DNA of 64,000 nucleotides from Trichoplax adhaerens (taxonomy: Eukaryota; Animalia; Placozoa). Under the pieces are notes generated by a model. It had not been told where the DNA came from, did not search any database, and was given only the letters and a program-made list of their open reading frames with translations. The DNA lies in assembly GCF_000150275.1 (NCBI RefSeq), contig NW_002060949.1, forward strand, positions 3,292,449-3,356,448. The letters run 5' to 3'. A program made the translations under genes and the position numbers. Position 1 is the stretch's first letter. Each line of letters opens with the position of its first letter. Positions 41,801 through 53,522 of this stretch are shown in pieces.

Positions 41801-42916
41801 GCCTTTAGTCATAATCATCCCGATATTGCTACATCATATAATAACTTGGGAGCTATGTATAACGCTCAAAACAAGTATGAAGAAGCTATTTCTATGTATA
41901 AAAAATCACTTAAAATTAAACTGTCAGTGTTTGGTCATAATCACTCTGATATTGCTGTATCATATGGAAATCTTGGCACTATCTATTCTCTTCAAGGCAG
42001 ACACGAAGAGGCTATTCCCATGTATAATAAATCACTTGAAATTCAATTGTCAATTCTTGGTCACAATCATCCTGATATTGCAAAATTGTATAACAATATA
42101 GGAACCGTCTATGATGAGCAATGCAAGTATGAAGAAGCTATTTCTATGCATAAGAAATCACTTAAAATTCGATTATCAGTCCTTGATCACAATCATTTAG
42201 ATATTGCAGCGTCATATAACAATATGGGAAATGTCTATTCTCATCAAAGTAAGCATGAAGAAGCTATTTCTATGTATGAAATGTCACTGGAAATCCAATT
42301 GTCAGTTCTAGATCGCAATCATTTTGAAGTTATTAATTTATATAACAACATAGGAGCTGCATATAGAAATCAAGCTAAATATGAAAAGGCAATCGCTATG
42401 TACGAGAAATCACTTAAAATTCAATTGCTAGCCCTTGGTGACAATCACCCCAATATTGCTACAACATATAACAATATGGGAATTGTATATTCTCATCAGC
42501 ATAAATATGAGGAGGCCATTTCTATGCATGAGAAGTCACTCAAAATTCGATTAGCAGTCCTTAATTCTAATCATCCCGATATTGCTGCATCATATAACAA
42601 TATGGGAAATAGCTATTATGATCAGGGTAAATATGAAGAGGCTATAACTATGTTTCAGCAATCGCTCAAAATTCGATTATCAGTCCTCGATCATAATCAT
42701 CTTGATATCGCTGCAATTTATAACAACATGGGATCTGTGTATTGTGATCAAAGCAAGTATGGAGAGGCCATATCTATGTACAAGAAGTCACTAGAAATTC
42801 AATCATCCGTCCTTGATCATAATCATCCAGATATCGCTACAACATATAACAATCTCGAAAATGTCTATAAATATCAGAGTAAGCTTAAACAAGCCACTTC
42901 TATGTATCAGAAATAG
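38891..42916 (+). CDS. Tetratricopeptide-repeat protein, ~30 tandem 42-aa TPRs (kinesin-light-chain/NPHP3-like repeat type), single coding exon, 1341 aa
   Basis: Uninterrupted 4026-nt ORF with 126-nt periodicity; consensus NHPDIAKSYNNMGNVYxxQGKYEEAISMYEKSLKIRLSVLGH. I counted 28 full repeats, 1 partial C-terminal repeat and 1-2 diverged N-terminal ones. Upstream exons cannot be excluded. Confidence 0.93.
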   Translation: MDFPVIKSIPGQITPMYEKAIENYQSGNLNGVICYCIQILEKIQRLPKSNIDLDRFQYDIYLLVSSIYMKRNEWIKAKEVNEKARQIAEKMHIEILTARCLDRQGDIKRIRGNWNEALDDYTKSLDIKSSCLEQDDLRIADSYEDIGTIYNAQGRYDKALYMHEISLKIRLSGLDDNHSDVAASYNGIGNVYYHQGKYQDAISMYEKSLKIQLSVLNHNHSDIAKSFNDMGIVYDAQGNYEEAISKYEKSLKIRLSVFDHDHPDVARLYTNMGNVYYHQGKYQNAISMYEKSLKIQLLVLNHSHPDIAKSYSDMGMVHDAQGKYEEAISKYEKSLKVGVAVFGHNHPDIAKSYNKMGNVYYHQSKYQDAISIYEKSLKIQLSVLDYNHPDTAKSYNDLGVVYDAQGKHKEASSMYEKSLRIRLSVLGHNHPDIATSYNNMGNVYSHQNKYELAISMLKKSLKIRLSVIDHNHPDVAQSYNDIGCVYDDQGNYEKATAMYKVSLKIRLSVFGYNHPDIAISYNNMGIVNFNQSKYEDALLMYEKSLEIRLSVLNNNHHDVAKSYNNMGNVYWNQGKYEEAICMFEKSLKIELSILGPNHPHVAISYNNMGNSYFNQCKYEEAISMYEKSLKIRLSVLGYDHLDVAISYNNLGNVYMDQGKHEKAMTMFEKSLKVQLSILGCNHPNIAKLYNNMGSAYSHQSKYEEALSMYNNALKIELLVVGHKHIDVAKSYNNIANIYFRQSKHEEAISTYEKSLKIHLSVFGHMHIDVAKLYSNIGVVYDDQGKHDEALSMFEKSLKIRLIALDHNHPDVAASCNNMGNIYMKKGKQEEAINMYENSLKIQLSVLDCNHPVIAKLYTNIGAVYHDQGKYEKAVSMYKESLKIQLSVLGYNHSDVAKSYDNLGNAYFNQNKHGEAISIYENSLKIRLSVLGCNHTDIAKLYNNIGAVHGAQCKYEEAISMYKKSLKIQLSAFSHNHPDIATSYNNLGAMYNAQNKYEEAISMYKKSLKIKLSVFGHNHSDIAVSYGNLGTIYSLQGRHEEAIPMYNKSLEIQLSILGHNHPDIAKLYNNIGTVYDEQCKYEEAISMHKKSLKIRLSVLDHNHLDIAASYNNMGNVYSHQSKHEEAISMYEMSLEIQLSVLDRNHFEVINLYNNIGAAYRNQAKYEKAIAMYEKSLKIQLLALGDNHPNIATTYNNMGIVYSHQHKYEEAISMHEKSLKIRLAVLNSNHPDIAASYNNMGNSYYDQGKYEEAITMFQQSLKIRLSVLDHNHLDIAAIYNNMGSVYCDQSKYGEAISMYKKSLEIQSSVLDHNHPDIATTYNNLENVYKYQSKLKQATSMYQK

Positions 42917-44959
42917 CTCAAAATTTCATTATCATTCCTCGATAGTTATGACTGCAGTAAGGTAAAGTTATATTTGCAGCATAGAAAAGATTTATTATAA
43001 TCAAGTCAAGTATGAGGGCCACATTACATGTTTTAGAACTCATTCAAAATTACGTTATCATGATCATTCTAATGCTTGCAGTCCAACAACTACTTATGCA
43101 GAATCTTTAAATTAAATTTAACAATTGAATATCTTTACAAGAAACGTACGAACTGAATACTATTTTTACGCACAATTGTTTTGGTCGATTGCCTAGTCCA
43201 TTTACTTAACTATATCAACTTGCTTAAATTGCAGAATTAAGCCATTTCGTCCAGTATAATGTTAACCAAATTAAATAACACTTTATCAAATGAGGGGTTT
43301 TTGCAATGCTCCGATATTGGATAACGGAGGCAAAATTTTAAAATTGAGAGAATATTATAAAATACGTTTACAACAGTAATGAAGAGCATAAAATTACTCT
43401 TTATAGATAAGTTGATAATAAATAATAATTGCTTGTAAATGTACTAAGTATTATAAATGCTTTTAAATAAGTGATTGATATATTGTAGGTATAATGTATT
43501 TTTGTGATCATTATTTTCGAGATACGGTATCGTTTGCAACGATATGTGTTATTTTGTAAGGATTATCCCGATGGTTAGTATTAACGAATTAAGGACATTA
43601 GGATCGTAGACTCTAGATGAATTTGTAAGAGAAATCCTTTGATTCCATGAAAATTTATAACATTTTACTTAATCGCTATGGGGATCTAGAGTAGCTGATG
43701 ATTAAACTTTGAGCGGTCACATGCATACTTGTTTCGTTTATTAGGATAAAATTTAAGTGCGATTTGATGATCTTATCCCTAGTTCACATTAGGTGAAATT
43801 TAATCAGAAAGTATGAAAGAAGATGTAGTAGTTAAGAATATTGATTGGATTTTGCCGTTTTAAATGAAGACTGAACTAGGAAATATGAACCCAGCTGATA
43901 AGCTCTCTTGCTATACATATTATTTTGATATTTCCTGATGGTTGAGGCTACCGATGTGTCTTAGCCCATTGTATTGTTTTGTATAAAATTTTTGATGAAC
44001 GGTAGTTGAACTTATTGATTGAAATTCTATATAAAACTATAAATTGCCTACATCAAATTATTAGCTATTGAATATTATGTGAAATTCAGTTGTGGTACCC
44101 TACTAAGTACGTACGTAATGTCCGCAATAGCCACAAATATATTACTACATTAACTATTATTATTATTCGTACATACTAGATTGCAATCGCACTTTATGCT
44201 GTACTTACCCATATCATCATTCATCATTGAATAAGTACAATATATAGTATAATAAGTGACTGTATAATTGCATATTGAGCCCTGTATAACCAATACTGTA
44301 CAAGTGGTCAATCATCATATGTTGAGTCGAAATATTTTGTTAGGAATTTTCGAACTCTACATTTTGTAGAATTATAGATATCGATGATTTTATTATTGAA
44401 TTATCAAGACTATAATCTTGGTTGTCAAGATTCTTTCGGTAATAAATAGTAGCAATTCTCTAATACCTCGTCTACACCGTCAATGACGCTATAACTATAA
44501 TGTAGTATTCGGTCGTTGGAACTGGCCTATTTGATGATATAGCAAATCTCATCTCTTAAAGTTAGTAAGAGGCGTTTTTCATTAGCGTAGGTGTGACAGA
44601 TATTTACTAAAATAGTGCTTGATATCGTGTCCACTTATTTTAGTAGACTTAATTTGATAATCAATCCGTCATATCTACTATTCCTCAGCAAAAAAATGAA
44701 TTCTTTCAAAATAATCCATTGTTTTATATAACTTGCTAAAATAAAATTAGCATCGCTAATAAAGGATATATTGTAAGAATAGCAACAAGTTACAATAACT
44801 TCTATCATACAATTTTATTTTGGATGGAGTAATAACTGTCTATTCACAGTATCACTAATAATAACTTGTAAATACTCATATATTTACAGGTAGCTATGTA
44901 TAGAACACGTTATACATTATATTTGATTATATAAACTAAATTTTATAGGTTATCCATCA

Positions 44960-47900
44960 TCACTTCTTTCTTGATACAGTAGAAGTTGCAGATACTTTCT
45001 GATTAACAGAATGTATAAACTCCCAAAGATTTTTTCCAACGTTTGTGTTGCCTAACAGCTCAATGAGACGTTCCTTATTTGCAGTTCGTAGCTCTTGAAA
45101 ATCTTTTATATTATTCATAATAGATCTACAACGTATGGTCAATATTAACCAAAACTTTTTACTTTTAGTGGTATAAAATAGCACAAAGTCCGTCATGAGT
45201 TGTAGTAAAATAACTATCCTGCGCTAAAAATTTATACATTGCATTACCTATAGTTTTTTATGGATATTCCTGGAAGTTTTAAAACAAAGTCTTGCGTTTT
45301 AGGTGTATACATATCATATTGGACAACTGCATTTTCTTCATCTCCAACTTCACTAGCATAATTGGGGTCAGGCTCATCATGATTTAACTATAGTATTTAG
45401 CAATCGCATAATAAAGTTATCCTATTAAATATAAATACACCTAGCCTAACTTGTGCAAAATAAGGTATCTCATAGTTATTTCGCTTGATCATATTGTGTG
45501 AAATAAAACGATGAACTAACCTTTAATTGTTCAAATAGCTCGGCAGTAGAGTGTGGACTGTCACACCATAGCAATCTTAACTAGTTTTATCAAAAATAGT
45601 AGTTATACACATCTACGCTCAAGGAACAATAGGGTTACATAATTTAATGTTCACATCTAAGTTATACACTTACTTTTGGAAACTGTAATGTCAAAAGAGC
45701 AACTTTGGAAGTAAGGTCTTGAAAGGAAATCTCACCCGGGTGAAAGCGCTTAGATTCAAGAACGAAAGGTTTATTTTTAACAAACTCTATCAACAATATT
45801 GGACGTTGATAATATCTGGTCATTGCAACGACTTGGTTATATCTTAAGATAAGAAAATAAATGCCGTATAGAAGAAGAGGTTAGTAAAAGTGGTACGAAA
45901 GATTAAAATATGAATCTTACTTACAAACGACCACTATTTAAAGAACCAATCAAGTCACTTAAACTCTTTCTTTCCACACACATATCTGGAGATAATATAT
46001 AATCTCCAATCTAGTTAACATAGCCATCATTCGTCAATTTGGTTTAAGAATATGAATATTCTTTAATTAAAATATTATATAGAAGATATTTGGGCTACCT
46101 TTAAAGTAATAGGTACTATGTCAATTCCTCTCTTGTGAATTAAAGATGGCAGCTCACTTCGAAATTCACGTACATCAACAATAATCTATATTAAAATTAG
46201 AGAAAATTGTCATAAATGATATATAACAACACTTTTCATCTCATTAACTGCACTTGCATTAAAAGACTAGATAAATAACCTTCCTATTCCGATTAACTTG
46301 ACTTCTACCGCCTGCTATCCTTGTGTCAACATTCATAGCTATCGATTGGATGTCGCAAGAAAATTGCTGACAGCTGTCGGATTTACCTTCCCTTTCTTCA
46401 GGTATAACCATTGCCTACGTTCGATCGTACTGCATTTACTTTCACGATGTTATATGAAATCGCGTATAATTTGTTACTATTCAGAATTAAAATACGGTAT
46501 ATATTATGTTTTTAATTTACCGCTTTTTCACGAATTAAAGTCTCAAATGCTTCTTTTTCTTTCCTTAATGCCGTTAGATATTTCTAAACAAGCACATATG
46601 AGTATGATAAATAAAAATATAGGCACTTCTTCAACTTTTGACCCATGCACAAATTAATCACATTCCTATCACAGCCACAAGGCTATAAGATTTAAAATTA
46701 CCTGCTCTTCGGCTGATGATGAATACATCGTGAAATATACTCGAAGTTGCTGACCCGGCCGTGATGCTTTAAATACCTTTATATCAGATGATTAAATCCA
46801 CAGAACCCGCAATTTAGCGTACTTAACCAGTCGTCTCACGAATAATGTTATTAGTTGACTACTACTCACTTCTAATTGTCGTACAAAGACAAGCTCTGGA
46901 TCATACAAGATGACAAAGCGTGGATTAAGTGAAGTCAGAACCCGTGTAAGACTGTATGGATCACTGAAAAAAACGAAAATATACTTATTTTAAATGTCCG
47001 TAATGTTCATTCCATCATATGATCGTACCTGCAGCCATGTAACGGGTGAATGGTAATAGCGTTTAGAGGAAGACCTTCAATTTCCTCAGGATTTAAGTGA
47101 ATAGCATCTAGAAGATCAAGATTAGAAGAGATATACTTGTGCATTCTTTGCATAGAAAGCCGTTTGGGTCATAAGCTATACAACAAACCTGTTTTGCTCT
47201 TCTTTTTGCTAGTCTCTTCCTGATTTTCTGCCTCATTACTTTTACGTTTTTCTTTCGATTTTTTTGAGAGTTTAACCATAATAGGTGAAATCTAAAGGTT
47301 GATATTACAATTACGGTTAATGACATATCTCTATACCGACTGTATACGTGTAGATGGACATAAAAGTCATGCCTTAGAGCTTGAACTAGCCGAGATTTCT
47401 GCGTTACGATTTTCATTCCCCGTACCTATTATTTGTTAAATATAAAATAATTTTAGTTTTATACGATAGCATATCAAATCATTAACGATGCATTTTCCAC
47501 TTGAAATCGAGTTATAGCAATCTCATTAGCAAATAAAATACCGTGATTCCTTACCATCTGCAAGGGATATTTTATTTTTTTCTGATCTGGTTCTGTTAAA
47601 ATTCCGCATAAGAGCCTCACGTTCTCCATGAATGAGATACTGAATGCAGTTACGTTTAACAAATCAACCGTTAATGCAGATATTAAAGTGACTTTCAACG
47701 TGAACTGCTCTATCAATCTAACAGATCTTACATTTTTAATCTGATAACATGTTCTTTCGTCTAAAGCACATATCAATACCCGTTTTTCTTCAGCTATTAT
47801 TTAACGAAGTAAAAACTGCAACTTAGTATTTTCAAGACTGCGTACGCAAGGATCATAGAAAACATCAAATAATGACTGCCTTCCAAAATTTTATCATCTT

Positions 47901-50900
47901 GTACTAACAGTTACAATCCATATCCTTAATTTCTTCCAGAATTTTAGTCAGCAGACTCCATTTTGGATTTGGTTCAAGAAGAGTATCTAAGTTTTAAGAT
48001 TGCATAATATTAGCAAGATAATGTATATAGTAATAAAATTATCAGATTATGCTAATCAGGTGTATGTGGTATGAGAGACCAAATGGTAGATAAACTGAAA
48101 TCATACCTAACTGATCTGATTCTATAAATTCCGCCCTTTTCGTAATACATAATTTTATTAGACAATGTGATTTCAGCTTATTTATTTATGCCCTGAAATC
48201 TATAATTACCTTGTCTTCGAGTTTTCAGTCGCTACGGTACTGTCACCAAAAACACGCTTTCGAGCATGCTGGAAACATAGTAGATATTAAATATATTGAA
48301 TCTGATTTAAGTGTATATATTCCATACAAATCCACGAAGGACGGTCTACTTACTGTAAACAATACGTTCGTCGAATCTAGAAATAGCCAAAGTGAATACT
48401 TATTCAGTCGTGTTCCGTTTGTTCTACGAAAGTTCATAACATCATAAGAAAATATATTTTCATCTTAAAAATATTACCATGTGCAATCATTTTTAAGTAC
48501 GAATTATATTATTAGGTAACTGTTAGTTAACCTGACAGATTCCAAATAATTCAGAAATGTAATGCAATCGTACTGTGTCAAGAATCTAAAATCAAGTATT
48601 AGTGAATACTAGCGCTAAACAAAAATGAAACTATTAATTACTTATTAATCTAAAAATACAAACAAGATTAGCAAGCGCAGCATCTTCAAATCATCTATCA
48701 ATTGCTTGGTCTTTCCACTCTATCAATATTATTTTCACATTATTAGTACAAATTAAATTTTGCCAATTATATTATTTTTTCCTTCTCACCAACTGGTGCC
48801 ATATAGGCTCAAGTTGTACTTTTACTATATTATCGAACGCTTGGCTCATCGCATTCTCAACCACCAAATCCGATGTATCTAACTACATATCAATTGCACT
48901 TTGTTTACCGTTACATCATAACTTTCAAATCGAGAATGTGTAATTACATTGTATTTAACATGTGCTTAATTAATGGGAGTAATAATTTACCGATGGATTG
49001 CCCTTTTTCAGTTCTTTCAAACACGTATAGATAATATCTATGATCGCGGTTTGAATTGTAACCATGTGCTTTGTCATTGGTATCAACAATTCCACTACAT
49101 CAACCTGCGGATAAATTTAATAGTAGTAAGGAAATTAAAGCTTTCCCGAGAAAATTGCTTTTACATTGTCGTCTGAATTATTTTACCTTATGTTTCTCCA
49201 AGCAGCCTGTAACCGTAGCATGAAATCTTATCGATAATGTTACAAAATATAGTACATTAGAATTATCTCAGAATTAATAAACTCCGTGAAAATTATCATA
49301 CCTTGGCCAAAGAAATAATTTCCTGACAAAAAGATTTTTCATTACTTTTTCAACTTGAGAGAAACCAGAAGTGAACGTTGAGGGAGCATCAGAGAATGCT
49401 TTGACAAATCCGTTCTAAAATATTGAGAAATTGTTTAAAAATTTCACAGCTCAAGACATTTTGATTAAGTACAGGTCAGTAATAGAAAATTAGTTATTCG
49501 ATTACTTTGTTATTTTGCCGATATAGTCTTGTAATGAAAGCTTCTTGGTAAGACTCTATCATTCTACATTGTAGGTAAAATAAGCTTTGCTCGTATATTG
49601 GTAACAAAAATGATCAATTTCATGAATTTGGATAGCTAACTAACTTGTGAGCCTTTGCAACAATGATGCCGTTGATAAGGTGAATTGGGACTCTCTTCGA
49701 TAACATATCGACAACCAAAATTCGAGGTGTCACAAACAAAACACCACCTTGTAGATAGATTTCTTCCCTGGTTTTAATAAGTTTTTTCGGGGATTAGGTA
49801 TCGCCATCTAATACGTAATATGTCGCTAGAAGATACTAGCTTAAAGATACATATTTCGCTCATCTATTTTTATAGATTGTAAAGTAATAGTAGGTACTAC
49901 AGTACGAGGTATAGAAGATAGCTTAGGTCAAGGTAAGGTCTGCCAACATTTTAATCTCATTCCAACTACATGATTATGAAATTTTCGATTTCCATAATGC
50001 CAAGATGTGATATCATTGGTAATTTTTAGCTCACCTTTCAATAGATGAATACTGGCTAGTAATAATTTTGGGTATAAGATCTACATTGTGTGCTTTCAAT
50101 TCCTCGATGAAATATTCCTTTGACATACGGATAAATTCCAAAATGTTAATTTATAATATGAAGGTGTTATTAATTACGCTTATATTGCTTACAGTATATA
50201 CTATATCGTACATAAAAACTACGGTATGAAAATTATCCAAAGAGATTGATTAAGTGGAATAATAACCTCTTGATAATTAGAAGTATTTAATACCAGTACA
50301 AATGACTTAGGACTGCAATACAATTTCAAAAAATTGAGCATCATTCTGTCAACTCCAAGGCCTCTAACGACAATAATAAATTATAAGAAAAAAAGATTAG
50401 CGAAATATAATTAATTTGTATCGTTCGATGATTAGTGGAGAAGCTGAATATAAAAGATTAGTATGGTAATGTACTATATGTTGAGTCTTGAATCACTGAA
50501 TGTAGCCACAAATGCAATAACGATCAATAACATTTCCAATGCAATACAATAAAGTAGCCTTCAGCATAAAGTTCTATGAAAGTAAGGTTGTTTTACAAGG
50601 TTTACGTATATAGTATGTTACAAACTTAGATTTCAGTCAATGTATTAACACAGCTGAAAGCGTTTAGTTGTAACAAAAATCCCCTCCTGATGTGATCTTT
50701 GAAGATAGAAGTAATTCTAGTAAGACCGAAATTATGGCGCTATTTTAGTTATGTTATATAACGTAGAATTTAGCTTAAAATAAAAGTTCTTGTAGATCTA
50801 GTATCTTTCCAGTTACATCTAATATAAGAAAGTTATTACGGTTGTCTTCGCTGTATAAACAAAACATCAAGTGTTTAGTAAAAGGTTAGCCATATACGCG

Positions 50901-51598
50901 GATTAAAACCATACTGGACATTTCTAAATATTCCATAGTATTTGATTGATTCTTCGAGGATATAGTGTAGCGTTATAATTTTCAACTAGTCATAACTCCA
51001 GTCCTTATTAATGATGTAGTTATATCTACTTTCCAATGAAATCGATTATTTACTGTCGATGCAGAACCACTCGTATTATAATTATCAAGGAGCATTATGC
51101 ATGTCTGATCAAAACGACTGTACTTATCTTTAAGTGACAGTCGAATTAGAACGTAATCTTCAAATAATTATACCAATCTACACGGCGGTTTTAAAAGCTG
51201 TAGTCATATTACACCATGAATGTAGATACTATTTGAATATACCGTACAGCAATACGATATCGGAGTGGTCAATTGCAATCAATCTATTCTTGAATTTTAG
51301 CTGGTAACTAATTTGTTTACCGAAATAGATGTCAATCAATTAAGGGATGTAATGAATGAATAATTTCATCTTCTGTTACAAAATCATTTCCCATTTTTCA
51401 AAGATAAAATTCATGGAAAATAATAGCAGTTGTAGCATATATTGGTATGGCTCAAAGAAGGCTATTGCAATGCTTATGCCAAACATTTGCTAATAGTCAT
51501 TTCACTTACTTGGCCATGATAACTAAACCATCTTCATTCAAAAGATCCAAGAAGATTTGTCGATCAAATTCTAGTAATTCACCTGTATTACCAGCCAT
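44960..51598 (-). CDS. ERCC4: DNA repair endonuclease XPF (ERCC4/Rad1), multi-exon (>20 small exons)
   Basis: Exon 1 51598-51510 [30 protein letters not shown]; 50363-50267 GLGVDRMM; exon starting 49767 [16 protein letters not shown]; then [34 protein letters not shown]. Nuclease domain [17 protein letters not shown] and [28 protein letters not shown] (~46190-45925). HhH C-terminus ends SRKK* at 44960. Not every internal exon boundary was mapped. Confidence 0.96.
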
Positions 51599-52220
51599 TC
51601 TATTCCTAATGCTTACAATCGATATCTTATCTACAACAGCAATAATTTATATTCAGCTAAGTTGATCTGCAAAGAATCATGCTGGACTATCTAGTCGTAA
51701 AATATTGATAGTTAGGCCGAATGCTGATGGTTTCTTTGGGCTTTTTCTTTCTGCCACAATCAGAATGTGCAAATGCGATTTTGATTTAGTCAGCAAGTTG
51801 TCAGGATTCAGTAGGACTGAATAGTAGTATAAATGCGTTGATATTGGGTACTGTTCTAAACTAGTCGTAAAAGAGCGGTGAAATTGAAGAAAAAAATCGA
51901 AAACTTTTTCTTACCTATGGGATAGAGCGTACTGTAGCTTAGGCTTTCGCTATACAATACCAGTAAGCATATTGCTGACGATACTAATAGCTGTGCTTTC
52001 GCAGTACTGTACGGGTAGCACTACCGATACATGCAGTGTTGCTGCAGTCACTGTATGTGATTTGGAGTTTTACCCACACTGCTGACAGGTAAACAAATTG
52101 ATCTCATATCCCAATCTTGCAGTCTGATTTTCCATCGAGATTGGAAGATTGAAATTGGAGTAAGTTGAATCAATCTTATAACTATCCTTTAGAAGACGTT
52201 GTCGTTTGACACAGGTTAGG
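51599..52220. promoter_or_regulatory. Probable bidirectional promoter / 5'UTR region between ERCC4 and SCPEP1-a
   Basis: Divergent ATGs only 622 bp apart; locally higher GC with ACTGTA/TACTG motifs; possible plus-strand 5'UTR intron (cag|gtaaac ~52089 to acacag ~52214). Confidence 0.6.
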
Positions 52221-53522
52221 ATGCGTTGGATTATTATTCTTGGATTACTTTTATGCGGTGTTCAGTGGGCCACTGCCAGCAGTTCTAAAATCCCCAAGCA
52301 AAAATGGGGCTATGTTGATGTTCGTAAAAATGCTCACATGTTTTGGTGGTTTTATGGTGCTAGTCAACAACGGCGCGATCAAGCACCACTTGTAATGTGG
52401 TTACAAGGTGGTCCAGGTGGCTCATCGACTGGTTTTGGTAATTTTCTGGAGATTGGACCGTTAACAGTCCAATTGAAACCAAGAAATACTACTTGGCTAC
52501 AAAAAGCAAATCTCTTATTTGTTGACAATCCTGTCGGTGCTGGATTTAGTTATGTCGATAAACCTTCTGCTTATTGCACCAACGTGACACAAATTGCTAA
52601 CGATTTGGTCACCATGTTTAAAGCATTTTTAAAGACTATTCCAGCCTTTCGTAAAATCCCATTTTATATCTTCTGTGAATCTTACGGAGGTAAAATGACT
52701 GCTGCTTTTGGTGTTGCTCTGAAAAAGGCAATCATGTCCAAAGAAATTTCTGTCGATTTTCGTGGTGTTGCCCTTGGGGACTCTTGGATATCACCACAGG
52801 ATTCGGTTGATACTTGGGGCCCTTATTTATTGTCTACATCATTGGTTGATACTGAAGGTGCAGCACAAATTCAAAGCTATGCCAATAACATAAGGACTGC
52901 TCTTTCAAACAAGAAATATGCTAAAGCAACAAATCTATGGAGTCAGATGGAAAATGTTGTCGAAAACTTGACCAACAATGTCAATTTTTATAATATCTTG
53001 ACACAACCATCAAGCAATGGGTTAACCTGTGCTGCCCATGATACTGCATGCCGGATTTTAAGTGAAATGAATACCCTTACCCTAGCTCAGCTAATGAATG
53101 GCCCTATTCGTAAGAAGCTTAGAATTATTCCAAAGAATGTAACTTGGGGTGGTCAATCAGGACCAGTCTTTCAATATCAATCGGTTGAATTTATGAAACC
53201 TGTCATTGATGATGTTGATAAATTATTAGATATGGGTGTATCAGTTACTGTCTACACCGGACAACTTGATCTTATTGTTGATACTTTAGGTACCGAAAGG
53301 TGGGTCAATAAGTTAAAGTGGAAGTATCTCAGTCAATATAAAAAGAGCAAAAGAGTTCCGATATACGCTTCTGGATCTCGTGAAACAGGCGCATTTTATA
53401 AATCTTACAAAAATTTGTCATTTTATTGGATAATGAAAGCTGGTCATATGGTGCCTGCTGATAATGGGCCGGTAGCATTAGAGATGTTGGAAAGAGTTAT
53501 TGGCGCAAAGCATATGAATTAA
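52221..53522 (+). CDS. SCPEP1: Serine carboxypeptidase S10, SCPEP1/RISC type, paralogue a (signal peptide), single coding exon, 433 aa
   Basis: ATG 52221 (track start is a TTG). Signal peptide MRWIIILGLLLCGVQWATA; WGYVDVRKNAHMFWW; WLQGGPGGSSTGFGNFLEIGP; DNPVGAGFSY; triad ESYGGK / GQLDLIV / AGHMVP; GVALGDSWISP typical of SCPEP1. Confidence 0.95.
   Translation: MRWIIILGLLLCGVQWATASSSKIPKQKWGYVDVRKNAHMFWWFYGASQQRRDQAPLVMWLQGGPGGSSTGFGNFLEIGPLTVQLKPRNTTWLQKANLLFVDNPVGAGFSYVDKPSAYCTNVTQIANDLVTMFKAFLKTIPAFRKIPFYIFCESYGGKMTAAFGVALKKAIMSKEISVDFRGVALGDSWISPQDSVDTWGPYLLSTSLVDTEGAAQIQSYANNIRTALSNKKYAKATNLWSQMENVVENLTNNVNFYNILTQPSSNGLTCAAHDTACRILSEMNTLTLAQLMNGPIRKKLRIIPKNVTWGGQSGPVFQYQSVEFMKPVIDDVDKLLDMGVSVTVYTGQLDLIVDTLGTERWVNKLKWKYLSQYKKSKRVPIYASGSRETGAFYKSYKNLSFYWIMKAGHMVPADNGPVALEMLERVIGAKHMN

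Noticed and set aside
39591-42101. Series of alternative-frame ORFs within the TPR gene
   Set aside because: Shadow frames produced by the 126-bp periodicity.
38891-42916. Naming the TPR gene KLC or NPHP3
   Set aside because: Only the repeat type is shared; no KLC heptad region or NPHP3 NTPase domain is seen.
46298-51665. Short ORFs at 46298, 47108, 47474, 48211, 48973 and 51447 as separate genes
   Set aside because: They overlap ERCC4 exons/introns, either antisense or in other frames.
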